64,000 nt of DNA from Candidatus Uhrbacteria bacterium (GCA_016215325.1 JACRJV010000026.1:95955-159954), one strand, 5' to 3'; shown: positions 29,826 through 39,792, counted from the first letter of the stretch. Translations and numbers: made by a program. The notes: generated by a model from the letters alone, not told the origin.

Positions 29826-30239
29826 ATGAATCACAACGGAGGGGACCACCTCGCACTTGCCCAGGCGATCATGGTCGAGTGCATGGGCAACAACTTCACT
29901 CGGTTTCCCATGCTCAAGGATCTGATCTCGCGCAACAAGGTGAGGTTCACTCAGCTCGGGATCGAGACGGCAACCCTCAACCAGTGGGAGTTCGGCTGGA
30001 AGGAGGAGACGGAAGTCGAGGCCGAGCTCGAGCGCGAGCGGCTTCGAGACCAGGCGAAGGAGTTCCTGTACAGGGGGCTCCAGCCCTACGTCGGTCGCCA
30101 TGGCGAGACCAAAGCGCGCGTGGGGATCAAGAAGATCTTCCAGGACTTCGCGGGCGCTGCTCGCGAGAACCGCGATAAGGTCGCCAAATTCCTGAAAATC
30201 CACCCGGCAGAACTGCAACGCATCCTCGCTGGACAATAG
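29826..30239 (+). CDS. Hypothetical protein
   Basis: 137 aa, GC3-rich, SD AAGGAGG upstream. Confidence 0.75.
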   Translation: MNHNGGDHLALAQAIMVECMGNNFTRFPMLKDLISRNKVRFTQLGIETATLNQWEFGWKEETEVEAELERERLRDQAKEFLYRGLQPYVGRHGETKARVGIKKIFQDFAGAARENRDKVAKFLKIHPAELQRILAGQ

Positions 30240-30245
30240 GAGGAA

Positions 30246-30626
30246 TTGATGAGCACCGAAGAACAGGAACTCATGGAGCAACTCAAGCAGCGGATTGGTG
30301 AGGTCAGCGTCGACTCTCACCTCGCCACCGCCGAGCGCATCCGTGAGCATATGCACGATTTCAGCCCCGAACTCGTGGCAAGAGCAATCGGGGTCGAACT
30401 GCGGGTGCTGGAGAGCGTGCTGCACGCCATCGAAGTCAAGCAGGCCGCCTGGCTGCTGGAGCAGTACCGGAAGGCTCCGGGCGAGACGTGCCATGGCGGC
30501 GATCTCTGCTGGCTGATGGTCGGACGGGAAATCGCCGATCACGAAATCGGCCTCACGCCGTGCGAAAATCAGGCCCTCGGCCTGGATCGGTGCCGGCAAT
30601 TGATCCGGCAGCTCCAGCAAGCCTAG
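30246..30626 (+). CDS. Hypothetical protein
   Basis: 126 aa, SD AGGAGG upstream, operonic with the previous ORF. Confidence 0.75.
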   Translation: MMSTEEQELMEQLKQRIGEVSVDSHLATAERIREHMHDFSPELVARAIGVELRVLESVLHAIEVKQAAWLLEQYRKAPGETCHGGDLCWLMVGREIADHEIGLTPCENQALGLDRCRQLIRQLQQA

Positions 30627-30858
30627 GGCAATCACGAATAGACCATCAACAACGAGCACTGTGGGAGCCCCGGAATCGATGCGAAGGAGGCGCGTCGGTC
30701 CGGGGTTTCTCATATTGTTCCTGCCATCCCAGACTAGAACCTGGGATCCAGAAACGTCAAAATAAACGAGTCTTGTGCTAACGTATTAACACGCTAATAC
30801 AGAACAACTAGGGCAGGAGGAATGCATGTCCCCTGCCCCGCTGAAATCGCTCCTCCCT

Positions 30859-31365
30859 TCAGGGATCGATATCTCCGCCATATTGTTCCCATAGTTCCTG
30901 GAAGTCTGCTTCGACCTGCCGATGCAACCGATCGTCGTCTTCATCGGCAAGTTCTGCCGCGATTGGACCGTCTACCTCGGGCTCGGGCATTGGGGGCAGC
31001 GGACTTGGCGCTGCCGACGGTGTTTCGGTCACCGCGGTATTGTCCAGCGGCTTGGTGCTGCTATCGGCATCGAGGGGATGTTCTGGGGAAGGCCCAGAGC
31101 GATGGTTGCGTGGCGGGATCCGCCGGGCACGCAACCAAAGCCGGTATGTACCACGCCGAAGAAGTTCAAGGTGTCGCTCATCCGAAAAGATGACTTGAAT
31201 CGCCTGCACCAGCTCTTCCGCCCCATCCACAGCGCATGCCCAAAGGATCGATCCCCGCCAGGAGCGAATCGTGATCCGGAATCGAAACAAAAACGCCTCC
31301 CCAAAGGAAGGCAAATGCGGTTGATTCCTGATCAACTGATGATACAGTTGCCGGATGTCGCGCAT
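30859..31365 (-). CDS. Hypothetical protein
   Basis: 168 aa with Pro-rich linker and acidic tail; GGGAG upstream. Confidence 0.5.
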   Translation of the reverse strand: MRDIRQLYHQLIRNQPHLPSFGEAFLFRFRITIRSWRGSILWACAVDGAEELVQAIQVIFSDERHLELLRRGTYRLWLRARRIPPRNHRSGPSPEHPLDADSSTKPLDNTAVTETPSAAPSPLPPMPEPEVDGPIAAELADEDDDRLHRQVEADFQELWEQYGGDIDP

Positions 31366-31434
31366 CTCACACTCCCTTCAAGGTAGAGCGTCCGTATGGC
31401 GTTGCCGATACTATAGCAAAATACTTCCTTCTCG

Positions 31435-32139
31435 TCACGGATGCAGCGTTGTTGCGGCAAACGCTTTGCCCTCTAAAGCATTTTTCAAATTGGCCAATTT
31501 ACCCCCATCCATAACCGTGACTGTCAACCCGTGGCGCTGCGCAAACGCAGCGGCCACTGGGTCAAACGGCGCGTGGGCGGACGGTTTGAACGTCTTCATA
31601 CCCAGAATTTTTTTGTACTGCTTCCACGTGAGCTCTGGGTATGCCACCGCATGTTTATCATAACGAGGGTCGCCGGAGTAAACGTAGTCCACGTTTGTAA
31701 GATTAAAAATTCGCTTTGCATGGTAGGTCTTGCCGAGCACCACCGCATCTTTGTCCGTTGAATGCCCAGGTAACCACCCGGCCGCGATCGCAACAGGATG
31801 ATCAAGATTCACTCGTACCGTTGGGTCACCCAGCACGGCGGGATGGCTATAGGGGGAAAACAACACCCTAAAAAATTCTGCGTTTAATTTTGTGGCCGCA
31901 ATGCCAATCCAATGGCGGTCTACTTCCTTGGCTTTGGGGTTCAACGCCAAAGCAGCCTTGGCATAGGAACGACTCGGTCCCCCGCCGCCGGTGACAATAA
32001 TAAACCGCTGTCCACGCCGAACATACTTGAGGATCAGCTCTCGGAACTTCTTAAGATAAACACCCTCAATATGGCCGATGGTCTTGCCAGAATGATCCGT
32101 TGGGGCAATCAGAGACCCGCCGATAGACAGAACGATCAT
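31435..32139 (-). CDS. pyrH: UMP kinase (archaeal type)
   Basis: VLSIGGS, VTGGG, GIAATKLNA, PGHSTD, TNVDYVY..DP. Confidence 0.93.
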   Translation of the reverse strand: MIVLSIGGSLIAPTDHSGKTIGHIEGVYLKKFRELILKYVRRGQRFIIVTGGGGPSRSYAKAALALNPKAKEVDRHWIGIAATKLNAEFFRVLFSPYSHPAVLGDPTVRVNLDHPVAIAAGWLPGHSTDKDAVVLGKTYHAKRIFNLTNVDYVYSGDPRYDKHAVAYPELTWKQYKKILGMKTFKPSAHAPFDPVAAAFAQRHGLTVTVMDGGKLANLKNALEGKAFAATTLHP

Positions 32140-32196
32140 ACTTAGATTTCTAATTATCAAAATTTGGACATCAAAAATTTTATTGGGAATTGGGAA

Positions 32197-32937
32197 TTAG
32201 ATATTATGTTTCCGTATAATAATATTTTTTGCTGCTTGATACCTCTCTATCGTCTTCTTCCACCATGGCAAATATTTAAAGGGGGCGTGATACGCGAATG
32301 AGGGAACCCACTGGCTCATGGTCCCGCCGGTGGCTATGGTGTAGAGTACTTCCGGGATGAATACCCCCCTGCCGCCGCGCTCGGCAATTGTTAAAAAGAG
32401 GTCCCAGTCCTGGAATTTCTTGAGGCTCTCGTCAAACCGCGGGAAGGCACCGCGGCGCAGTAAAGAGCTAGTATGAATGTAGTTCAATTGGCGCAATGTT
32501 GCAAGATCAAAGGGGAATGAACTAAACTTCTTATGACTAAAAAGGAATTGGCTGTAGCTGAATGCCGCGTCCGGGTGTTGCTCGAGCGCTTCCCACATTT
32601 TTTCAAGACAATCCGGCTCCAGACGAATATCGGCATCACAAAAAAAGAGAAGGTCACCATTGCAAGCATCAAACCCGCGATTGCGCGCAGCGGCTGCTCC
32701 CCTATTTTGTTGATCAATCCATTGTATGGAGAATCCCTTACGTTGTAGTAAATCTGCAATCTGCAATCTGCAATCTGCAATCGTATCCGTCGATCCATCA
32801 TTGACAATAATAATCTCAGTTTCTATTCTAATGTTTTTAAGAACATTAGAATAGATAGATTGTTCAAGAATACTCTCGACACAGGCTTCGAGTTCTTTGG
32901 CGTGATTATATACCGGGATGATGATCGAAACTAGCAT
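32197..32937 (-). CDS. Glycosyltransferase family 2
   Basis: VSIIIPVYN, VNDGSTD, ARNRG, DAD, QDWDL. Confidence 0.95.
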   Translation of the reverse strand: MLVSIIIPVYNHAKELEACVESILEQSIYSNVLKNIRIETEIIIVNDGSTDTIADCRLQIADLLQRKGFSIQWIDQQNRGAAAARNRGFDACNGDLLFFCDADIRLEPDCLEKMWEALEQHPDAAFSYSQFLFSHKKFSSFPFDLATLRQLNYIHTSSLLRRGAFPRFDESLKKFQDWDLFLTIAERGGRGVFIPEVLYTIATGGTMSQWVPSFAYHAPFKYLPWWKKTIERYQAAKNIIIRKHNI

Positions 32938-33003
32938 AATCTAAGTCACAGAGGTACAATAGTCGCAACACTGCTAGAGTATCAGAAGCATCAAAAATCA
33001 ACA

Positions 33004-33330
33004 ATGTTTATGGATCCCATTGAATTCCTCCGACAATTCCGCTTTGGTGGATATGCCATTTTCGATTTTACCACGGCATTTTTAGGCATCGCCATCATTT
33101 CGCCGTTACTGTCAAAACTGTTCCGCAAGATCAGACTCGATATCCCCAAACGAAACTGGATATTTTTGACATTGCCAATCGGCATCATCACTCATCTACT
33201 GATCAACAAAATCACACCAATGACCGCGCGCTTCCTAGACCTCCAGGGTCATTATATTCTCAAAATAGTGATCGTCGCTCTGCTCATTCTGGGGTTACGC
33301 GGGATTAAAGTGGTCCAGAAATCTAAATAA
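33004..33330 (+). CDS. Small membrane protein
   Basis: 108 aa with three hydrophobic segments. Confidence 0.75.
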   Translation: MFMDPIEFLRQFRFGGYAIFDFTTAFLGIAIISPLLSKLFRKIRLDIPKRNWIFLTLPIGIITHLLINKITPMTARFLDLQGHYILKIVIVALLILGLRGIKVVQKSK

Positions 33331-33336
33331 CATCTT

Positions 33337-34311
33337 ATGCACCCCGACAGAACCATTCCCGGCATCACCCACACCGCAGACTCACCAATAACTGAGCATG
33401 CCTCAATGGAAGCGGATCGGACGAAGCAAAATACGGAACGAGCCGCACAAGAGCTACAGGAACGATTGGAACAGATCAAACGCGAAGTTCTCCTACTGCT
33501 AAAACAAAAAGAAGAAGCCTCCACGAGCGCCTCCCAAGAGCGCGGCAAACTTTTAGATTTATGGAGGAAGAAGCTCATTAGCTCAAAAGATGAGTTCAAA
33601 CTTCTCTCCGATAAACTTTCGGAATTAGAAAATTCTATCGACAATCAAATCGTCAGAAAGAAAACAGAGTACCGACTAACAAGAATGGAGTATCTTTCTG
33701 AAACGACTCCTCCCGATGCCATCCGCCAACGCGTACTGGACTTGCATATCGAGGATAACATCGAACAATTTACAAACCTCAGCATCCAAGCGGGGGGCTC
33801 GAATGCTCAAGGAGTTTTTGAAATTGAAAATGGTGACTTTGTGTTAATAAAGAAAGTGCCGGAAAGTTATGAATACAACGTTGCCCTGCCCTTCATCATG
33901 CAGGGAATACAAAGCGATAGGATTCCTCGTGTACTGCAAATCTTTAAAACCGATGATGCAACGTATACTGTTACAGAGAGGGCACGGGGCACTCAAGTCG
34001 ATCAACTCTCCGAGGAACAAATCGCAGAGATTCCACAAGAGCATTTTAATCAGTTCCTCCGCGATCTTGCAATGTTAGGCGAAAAAGGGTTGCAGATCGA
34101 CCCCTCCAAAAAAAGTAATTTCTTCTATGATGCTCAGAAAGGGTTTAGCATCATTGATATTGGAGACCATCACAACGCCCCAACGCAAACCGGGATACCG
34201 AACAATCTACGCGTTAACGATCTGCAAGCAATTCTCACAGGACCAAAGCAAGACCAAAGAATTATTGATAAAATCCAAGAAGCTCTTACACAGATAAATC
34301 GCCCACTATGA
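33337..34311 (+). CDS. Coiled-coil plus protein-kinase-like domain protein
   Basis: GGSNAQGVF, VLIKK, IPRV, VTERARG, IDPSKKSNFF, IIDIG resemble ePK/APH/RIO subdomains. Confidence 0.6.
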   Translation: MHPDRTIPGITHTADSPITEHASMEADRTKQNTERAAQELQERLEQIKREVLLLLKQKEEASTSASQERGKLLDLWRKKLISSKDEFKLLSDKLSELENSIDNQIVRKKTEYRLTRMEYLSETTPPDAIRQRVLDLHIEDNIEQFTNLSIQAGGSNAQGVFEIENGDFVLIKKVPESYEYNVALPFIMQGIQSDRIPRVLQIFKTDDATYTVTERARGTQVDQLSEEQIAEIPQEHFNQFLRDLAMLGEKGLQIDPSKKSNFFYDAQKGFSIIDIGDHHNAPTQTGIPNNLRVNDLQAILTGPKQDQRIIDKIQEALTQINRPL

Positions 34312-34355
34312 AGGTAACACTATACATGGCAACAACCATCAATGGATATGTTTGA
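34308..34355 (+). pseudogene. N-terminal fragment of a DHFR/RibD-C family gene
   Basis: MKVTLYMATTINGYV* coupled to the upstream stop via ATGA. Confidence 0.55.
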
Positions 34356-34478
34356 GTACCAAAAAATTATCGAAAGATACTATACAATTGCATTATGAGA
34401 TTTCGCGTTGATCATCATTGGTCTGCTTATTCTGGGGTTATGGAAGACAAAGACTGTGAAATAATAAGACGAACATGA

Positions 34479-34808
34479 ATGTCTAATCTAATACATATAA
34501 CATCTATGCGTCCAAAGAACCTAGGCATACTGGTCGTAATTGTGATGGTAATTATTTTAGGTGTTTCACTTTATATTGATATTGCAACAGAAAATGAAAA
34601 AATACCCCGGATTCTCACCACAACAGAGCAGTACGCGTGTCCTGACCGCAATAAACTTGATTATAACAAAACAACACAAACGTACATCCAATGGAATAAC
34701 TGCATGCCCTGTCCAGGAGTGAGACCGCCATGTCTCCCTGATTCTCAATTTGAACAATGGGTCAACAAAAATTGTGGGATAAAATTCAAAATTAACGTCG
34801 CGGAGTAG
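34479..34808 (+). CDS. Membrane-anchored Cys-rich small protein
   Basis: N-terminal TM, NCMPCPG..PPC...W...NC. Confidence 0.65.
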   Translation: MSNLIHITSMRPKNLGILVVIVMVIILGVSLYIDIATENEKIPRILTTTEQYACPDRNKLDYNKTTQTYIQWNNCMPCPGVRPPCLPDSQFEQWVNKNCGIKFKINVAE

Positions 34809-34833
34809 AACAGACTCTTGAATGCATTGTGTT

Positions 34834-35817
34834 ATGCCCAACGCGATCGAACTCCAAAACTTGAGAAAAATATTCACGTTCTCGGTAAAAAATCCGCGCT
34901 ATAGCATTTGGAAAAACTTTTTTAATCCAGACCGTCAAGAAATCGTAGCGGTGGATTCAATATCCCTCGCGGTTGAACGCGGGGAATCTGTGGCCTTCAT
35001 CGGCCCCAACGGCGCTGGCAAATCCACGACCATCAAGATGCTCGCTGGCATTCTATACCCCACCAGCGGAACGATTTCTGTGCTGGGCTTAAATCCGCAG
35101 CGTGAGCGGCAACGCCTAAGCTACAACATTGGAACGGTGTTCGGGCAGCGCTCGCAGTTGGTGTTTAATCTTCCGGTTCGCGATTCCTTTCGGTTGTTCG
35201 GAAAAATCTATGAGCTCTCCGATCGGATGATCCAGCAGCGCCAGAAAGAATTGGTGGCGCTGTTTGCGATTGAAGACATTATGGATCAACCGGTGCGCAA
35301 ACTCTCCCTTGGGCAGCGCATGCGGGCGGAGATTGCGGTGTCGCTCATCCACCGGCCGAAGATTATTTTCTTGGACGAACCCACCATTGGCTTGGATATT
35401 GTTGCTAAGCGCCGGTTGCGCGAAGTGCTCAAGAACCTCAACCGAAAGTTTGGCACCACAATTTTCCTCACATCTCACGATGCGGGTGATATTGAGGCGC
35501 TGTGTGCGCGAACGATTATCATCAATCACGGGAGGGCGATTTTGGATATGGAAACGGCAGTCTTACAACGAAAATTTCTTACTCAAAAACGCGTGCGCGT
35601 GGATTTTAGCCAGCCCACCAAATTTACGGCGATCGCCGACACCAGACTCGTGCACCGTGATGACAATTCAGTACAGTTTATGGTTGATACGTCGAAGATT
35701 GCGCTCAAAGATGTTCTTGATGAACTGACAACACACTACTCTATTGAAGATATGGACGTCGAACATCCATCATTGGAAGAAATTATCAGCACAATCTATG
35801 GCCAGCAGGCACGGTAG
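34834..35817 (+). CDS. ABC transporter ATP-binding protein
   Basis: GPNGAGKST, LSLGQRMR, FLDEPTIGLD, TSHD. Confidence 0.96.
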   Translation: MPNAIELQNLRKIFTFSVKNPRYSIWKNFFNPDRQEIVAVDSISLAVERGESVAFIGPNGAGKSTTIKMLAGILYPTSGTISVLGLNPQRERQRLSYNIGTVFGQRSQLVFNLPVRDSFRLFGKIYELSDRMIQQRQKELVALFAIEDIMDQPVRKLSLGQRMRAEIAVSLIHRPKIIFLDEPTIGLDIVAKRRLREVLKNLNRKFGTTIFLTSHDAGDIEALCARTIIINHGRAILDMETAVLQRKFLTQKRVRVDFSQPTKFTAIADTRLVHRDDNSVQFMVDTSKIALKDVLDELTTHYSIEDMDVEHPSLEEIISTIYGQQAR

Positions 35818-36610
35818 CGCCAAGTACTGGCACATTTTCTCAGCGTCATTTCGAGAAAAATTCGATTCTCGCGGCACGATCGTTACGTATGGTATCATGT
35901 GGTCAGTGCGGGTGATTGTCCTGCTGCTCATATACTCCTTCGCCTTTCGATATCGCGGCGGATCTCCCGTCAACGGGATCACCTTGCCCACAGCACTGTG
36001 GAGCATGGCAATTTATTTTATCGTTCTTTCGTTTGATATTCGCTGGCTATACCGCGCCATCTCCCGAGACATCCGCCTGGGAACCATCGAAGTAAAGATA
36101 ACGAAACCGTATCACTACGTACTCTATCACGCATCACACAATTGCGGACGAGGATCCGCTTCGTTGCTATTTGTTCTTTTTATCACCATTGCAGTGCTCC
36201 CATGGTTGGCCGGCTTTCCCCCCGTGGTACTTACGGGGCAAATCATTGTTGCGGGCACACTCCTGTTGTTCATGGGAAGTACCATTGCAATTCTCCTGTA
36301 TTCTGCGATTGGACTTTCGGCCGTGTGGCTCCATGACGCCGACCCGCTCTACTGGATTATGGACAAAACCATCATGGTGCTCGGGGGATCATTCGTGCCG
36401 ATGGCGCTGTTCCCCCCGTCGGTGCGATGGTTTGCCGAACATAGCCCCTGGGGAGCAACGATGTTTATCACACAGATTGTCAATCCTGATTTTATAGAGC
36501 GGTGGCCGCAGCTGGCGCTCTCCCAAATATTTTGGGTAATGATAATGGCGGCAATCACGGGACTGATCGCACAGCAAGCCAATAAACGACTTTCTATTCA
36601 TGGGGGCTGA
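35798..36610 (+). CDS. ABC-2 family permease (DUF990 type)
   Basis: About 6 TMs, IRLGTI...KP, LGGSFVP..LFP, C-terminal HGG. Confidence 0.88.
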   Translation: MASRHGSAKYWHIFSASFREKFDSRGTIVTYGIMWSVRVIVLLLIYSFAFRYRGGSPVNGITLPTALWSMAIYFIVLSFDIRWLYRAISRDIRLGTIEVKITKPYHYVLYHASHNCGRGSASLLFVLFITIAVLPWLAGFPPVVLTGQIIVAGTLLLFMGSTIAILLYSAIGLSAVWLHDADPLYWIMDKTIMVLGGSFVPMALFPPSVRWFAEHSPWGATMFITQIVNPDFIERWPQLALSQIFWVMIMAAITGLIAQQANKRLSIHGG

Positions 36611-36611
36611 T

Positions 36612-37415
36612 ATGGTTACAATCTTCAAAGAATTGCGGATTGCGTTAGAAATACTTCGCACCCATTTTGCGGCGGCACGCGAAATCCGTTCTGCTTTTGC
36701 GCTCCAAGTGGTGGGTATGATGATCAACAATATTGCATTGGTTTTGGTGTGGATTTTTTTCTTTGAAGCGTTTGGGGAGATCCAGGGCTGGAGCTCGATG
36801 GAATATGTTGCGATGCTGGGCATGAGTGCCTTGGCGTTTGGCATTGCCTTTACCTTTATGAGCGGCGCAGAAATGCTTTCAGAATACGTCTACAATGGGA
36901 CATTGGACCAATTTCTGCTCACGCCGCGGCCGCTGTACCTTCGAATCCTTTCATCCTGTGTCCGCGTCTCAGCGATTGGCGACATGTTTTTTGGCCTTAT
37001 TTTGCTAGCCATCTACGCGGTGTGGTCTCATGCATCGTTGCTCACTATGGCGATGCTCTTGAGCTCAGCAGTACCGGCGGCATTACTGATGAGCAACATC
37101 GCATTAGCAACTTCGCTGGTGAGCTTTTTTATTCCCGACGCAGAATTCATCGCCCATAATCTGTTCGAAGTGTTTCTCTCCCCGAGCCTCTACCCGGGTG
37201 GATTATTTCAAGGAGCATTACGATTCGTGTTTGTATTTATCATTCCCTCGTTGCTGGTCGGGGGCCTGCCGGCCGAAGCGGCGATTGCGAACAATGGGTG
37301 GCTGTATCTGTTTATTTGGGCAATGGCCGGGGCGTGGACAGCGCTCACACTCGTGTTGCTCGGCCGGGCCGTGAAAAGATATGAGAGTGGGAACCTCACC
37401 GGCGCCCGAGTGTAA
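36612..37415 (+). CDS. ABC-2 family permease (DUF990 type)
   Basis: IQGWS, GTLDQFLLTP, KRYESG. Confidence 0.88.
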   Translation: MVTIFKELRIALEILRTHFAAAREIRSAFALQVVGMMINNIALVLVWIFFFEAFGEIQGWSSMEYVAMLGMSALAFGIAFTFMSGAEMLSEYVYNGTLDQFLLTPRPLYLRILSSCVRVSAIGDMFFGLILLAIYAVWSHASLLTMAMLLSSAVPAALLMSNIALATSLVSFFIPDAEFIAHNLFEVFLSPSLYPGGLFQGALRFVFVFIIPSLLVGGLPAEAAIANNGWLYLFIWAMAGAWTALTLVLLGRAVKRYESGNLTGARV

Positions 37416-37600
37416 TAATAATGTTAACTGACCCCATCCATACGCCCTTGCATGATAGGCACGTCATCGGATACATGGAGGGAGTCGCTTTCACAGGGGC
37501 TTTTTCTGTTGTAGAATATCAGCACCACCCAAAGGGTAGCAAACACCAACAAAAACAGTAATCAAGCGTTTGAGAATGTTGGCATGTATTGAGGAAAACT

Positions 37601-38179
37601 ATGCTTCGGCTTACTCGGCATATTCATTATCCTAAACTTCTTACACTGTTGGCCTGCATTGTCGCAGCCTATATCCTATTCCAAACGGATTTCTTTTTGG
37701 CAATCTCACAGGCATTCAATTCCAGCGGTTACTCTACCATCCTGCTTGCGGGGTTCTTATTCGCCTATGGATTCACGGCGCCGTTTGCCGTGGGCTTGTT
37801 TGCTTCCGTTGCTTCCGAGGTGAATATCTTTACCGCTGCGCTGCTGGCCGGCGGTGGCGCGCTCGTTGCTGACCTCATCATATTCCAATTTATTAAAACA
37901 TCCTTTGCCGATGAATTCGACCATCTCCGCCTCACCCGATTATTCCAGCGTATCCGTGACATACTGGACCACAATTTCGGCGATACCCTCAAAAAATATC
38001 TACTCTGGACAGTTGCCGGATTTTTGATTGCTTCACCGCTACCAGATGAATTTGGCGTCACCATGATCAGTGGATTCACCACCATCAATAAGCGGATTTT
38101 TAGCGTGCTGTCCTACGCACTCAATACCCTTGGGATTCTGGCCATTTTGGCGATTGCGAAGATGAGTGCGGGTGTCTAA
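37601..38179 (+). CDS. Membrane protein
   Basis: Multi-TM, GFTAPFA, SPLPDEFG. Confidence 0.75.
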   Translation: MLRLTRHIHYPKLLTLLACIVAAYILFQTDFFLAISQAFNSSGYSTILLAGFLFAYGFTAPFAVGLFASVASEVNIFTAALLAGGGALVADLIIFQFIKTSFADEFDHLRLTRLFQRIRDILDHNFGDTLKKYLLWTVAGFLIASPLPDEFGVTMISGFTTINKRIFSVLSYALNTLGILAILAIAKMSAGV

Positions 38180-38184
38180 ATCCT

Positions 38185-38631
38185 ATGGCAGCAGAAAGCT
38201 CTGACCGCTATCGCTTATTCGCCGCAACGTACCTCGTTCTAGAGCAGGGCAGCAAGATCCTGCTCCTCCGCAGATTCAATACCGGGTACAAAGACGGTTT
38301 CTATAGTTTGCCCGGTGGGCACTTTAATGGCGGCGAAACCGCTCGCGCATGCATGGTCCGCGAGGCAAGCGAAGAAGTCGGTATCACCATTCGGCCAGAA
38401 GACCTAACCGTTGCCCATACAATGCACCGCTGTACACCCAGCCGGGAGTATGTCGATTTTTATTTGTTGGCTCACGCTTGGGAAGGAACACCAAGTCTCA
38501 ACGAGCCGGACAAATGCGACGATCTCCAATGGTGCGCACGCAAGAATCTCCCGGAAAATCTCGTGCCCGAAGTCCGGCAAGCGTTGGACTGCATGGACCA
38601 AGGCATTCCGTACAGTGAATTCGGCTGGTGA
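38185..38631 (+). CDS. NUDIX hydrolase
   Basis: PGGHFNGGETARACMVREASEEVG Nudix box; NEPDKCD. Confidence 0.95.
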   Translation: MAAESSDRYRLFAATYLVLEQGSKILLLRRFNTGYKDGFYSLPGGHFNGGETARACMVREASEEVGITIRPEDLTVAHTMHRCTPSREYVDFYLLAHAWEGTPSLNEPDKCDDLQWCARKNLPENLVPEVRQALDCMDQGIPYSEFGW

Positions 38632-38667
38632 CACGCATCAGGTGGCGAAATAAACCGCGGTCGCGGT

Positions 38668-39792
38668 TTATAATGCACCTCCGGTGCGTTCCAGGATACG
38701 AGACAACTTCTGTACCCGTTGAGTCCACTGAAACTCTCTTAACACCCGCTCTCTTCCTGTAGCTCCCATAGTATTCATCCTGTCCGAGTCATTCAACAAA
38801 TCAATAATGTCCTGGACGATTTTTTTGATATCTGTCGGGCTCGTGAGCACCCCAGTGCCGCCATCTTCCACCGCCTCCGGCACGCCTCCACTGCGTGCTG
38901 CCACCACCGGCAAACCATACAGTGCCGCTTCCAGGCACACCATGCCAAACCCTTCCACATCGCCGTTGGGCAGTTCTCGCGGCAAAAAGACAAAGCAGTC
39001 GGCAGCGCGATAGAATTGAGCAAGCCGCTCTACAGAGGCCGAAGGTTCAAATCGAATGACATCGTGGACATCGAGTTGATCGGCCAATACTTCAATGCGC
39101 CGGCGATCCGGTCCGTCGCCGACAAACGTCCAGTGGAATTTCTTTCCCTGTTTTTTGAGTTCGGCGGCAACAGACACGGCGGCATCGTATCCTTTGCGTT
39201 CAACAAACCGGGCGATGGTAAGGAGGCGCCAGGTCGTCGCGTCATCCTGAGGGAAGGCCGAAGGATCTCGAGATTCTACGCTCGACCCAGAATGACGAAC
39301 AGCGGCAATGACGGTTGCCGACGGACACGGAGTGAGCACTGTTATTTTTTCTTTATCAATTCCGTACTCCAAAACAATCTTTTTTGTATATTCCGAATTC
39401 GTGATGACCCAGGTTGCACGCTGCATCACCTTTTTTGCAATCCATCGCTTGCGGCCGTTCAGTGCGAGATCAAGACCATGCGCAAAAATTCCGTAACGAA
39501 ATCCAGGTATTAAATCATTAAACCAATAAACTAATAAATCAATAAACCAAACCGCTTCTCCAACAGGCAATACCTCGCCCGCAAATATGATGCTTGCCTT
39601 GTGTCTTTTCATCTCCCTGAGAATCCGCCACAGCATCGGGAGCCACCGCGGAAAAAATCCCCAGTATAATTTTTCTTCGCCCACGAACGGAATAATCTTT
39701 CCTTCACTCGCATCCACAAGTCCGCGATAATATTCCCCCACTCCGCCCACCATGGGCGGGTATTCCAACGCGGCTAACAGTATTCTGTTCAT
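38668..39792 (-). CDS. Glycosyltransferase family 4
   Basis: YPPMVGG, ARFVERKG, EGFGMVCLEA. Confidence 0.95.
   Translation of the reverse strand: MNRILLAALEYPPMVGGVGEYYRGLVDASEGKIIPFVGEEKLYWGFFPRWLPMLWRILREMKRHKASIIFAGEVLPVGEAVWFIDLLVYWFNDLIPGFRYGIFAHGLDLALNGRKRWIAKKVMQRATWVITNSEYTKKIVLEYGIDKEKITVLTPCPSATVIAAVRHSGSSVESRDPSAFPQDDATTWRLLTIARFVERKGYDAAVSVAAELKKQGKKFHWTFVGDGPDRRRIEVLADQLDVHDVIRFEPSASVERLAQFYRAADCFVFLPRELPNGDVEGFGMVCLEAALYGLPVVAARSGGVPEAVEDGGTGVLTSPTDIKKIVQDIIDLLNDSDRMNTMGATGRERVLREFQWTQRVQKLSRILERTGGAL

Noticed and set aside
29748-30713. 321-aa minus-strand ORF and other long antisense ORFs (e.g. 20473-21357, 43935-44687, 52153-53034)
   Set aside because: Shadows of GC3-biased genes on the opposite strand, which have SD sites or clear family motifs.
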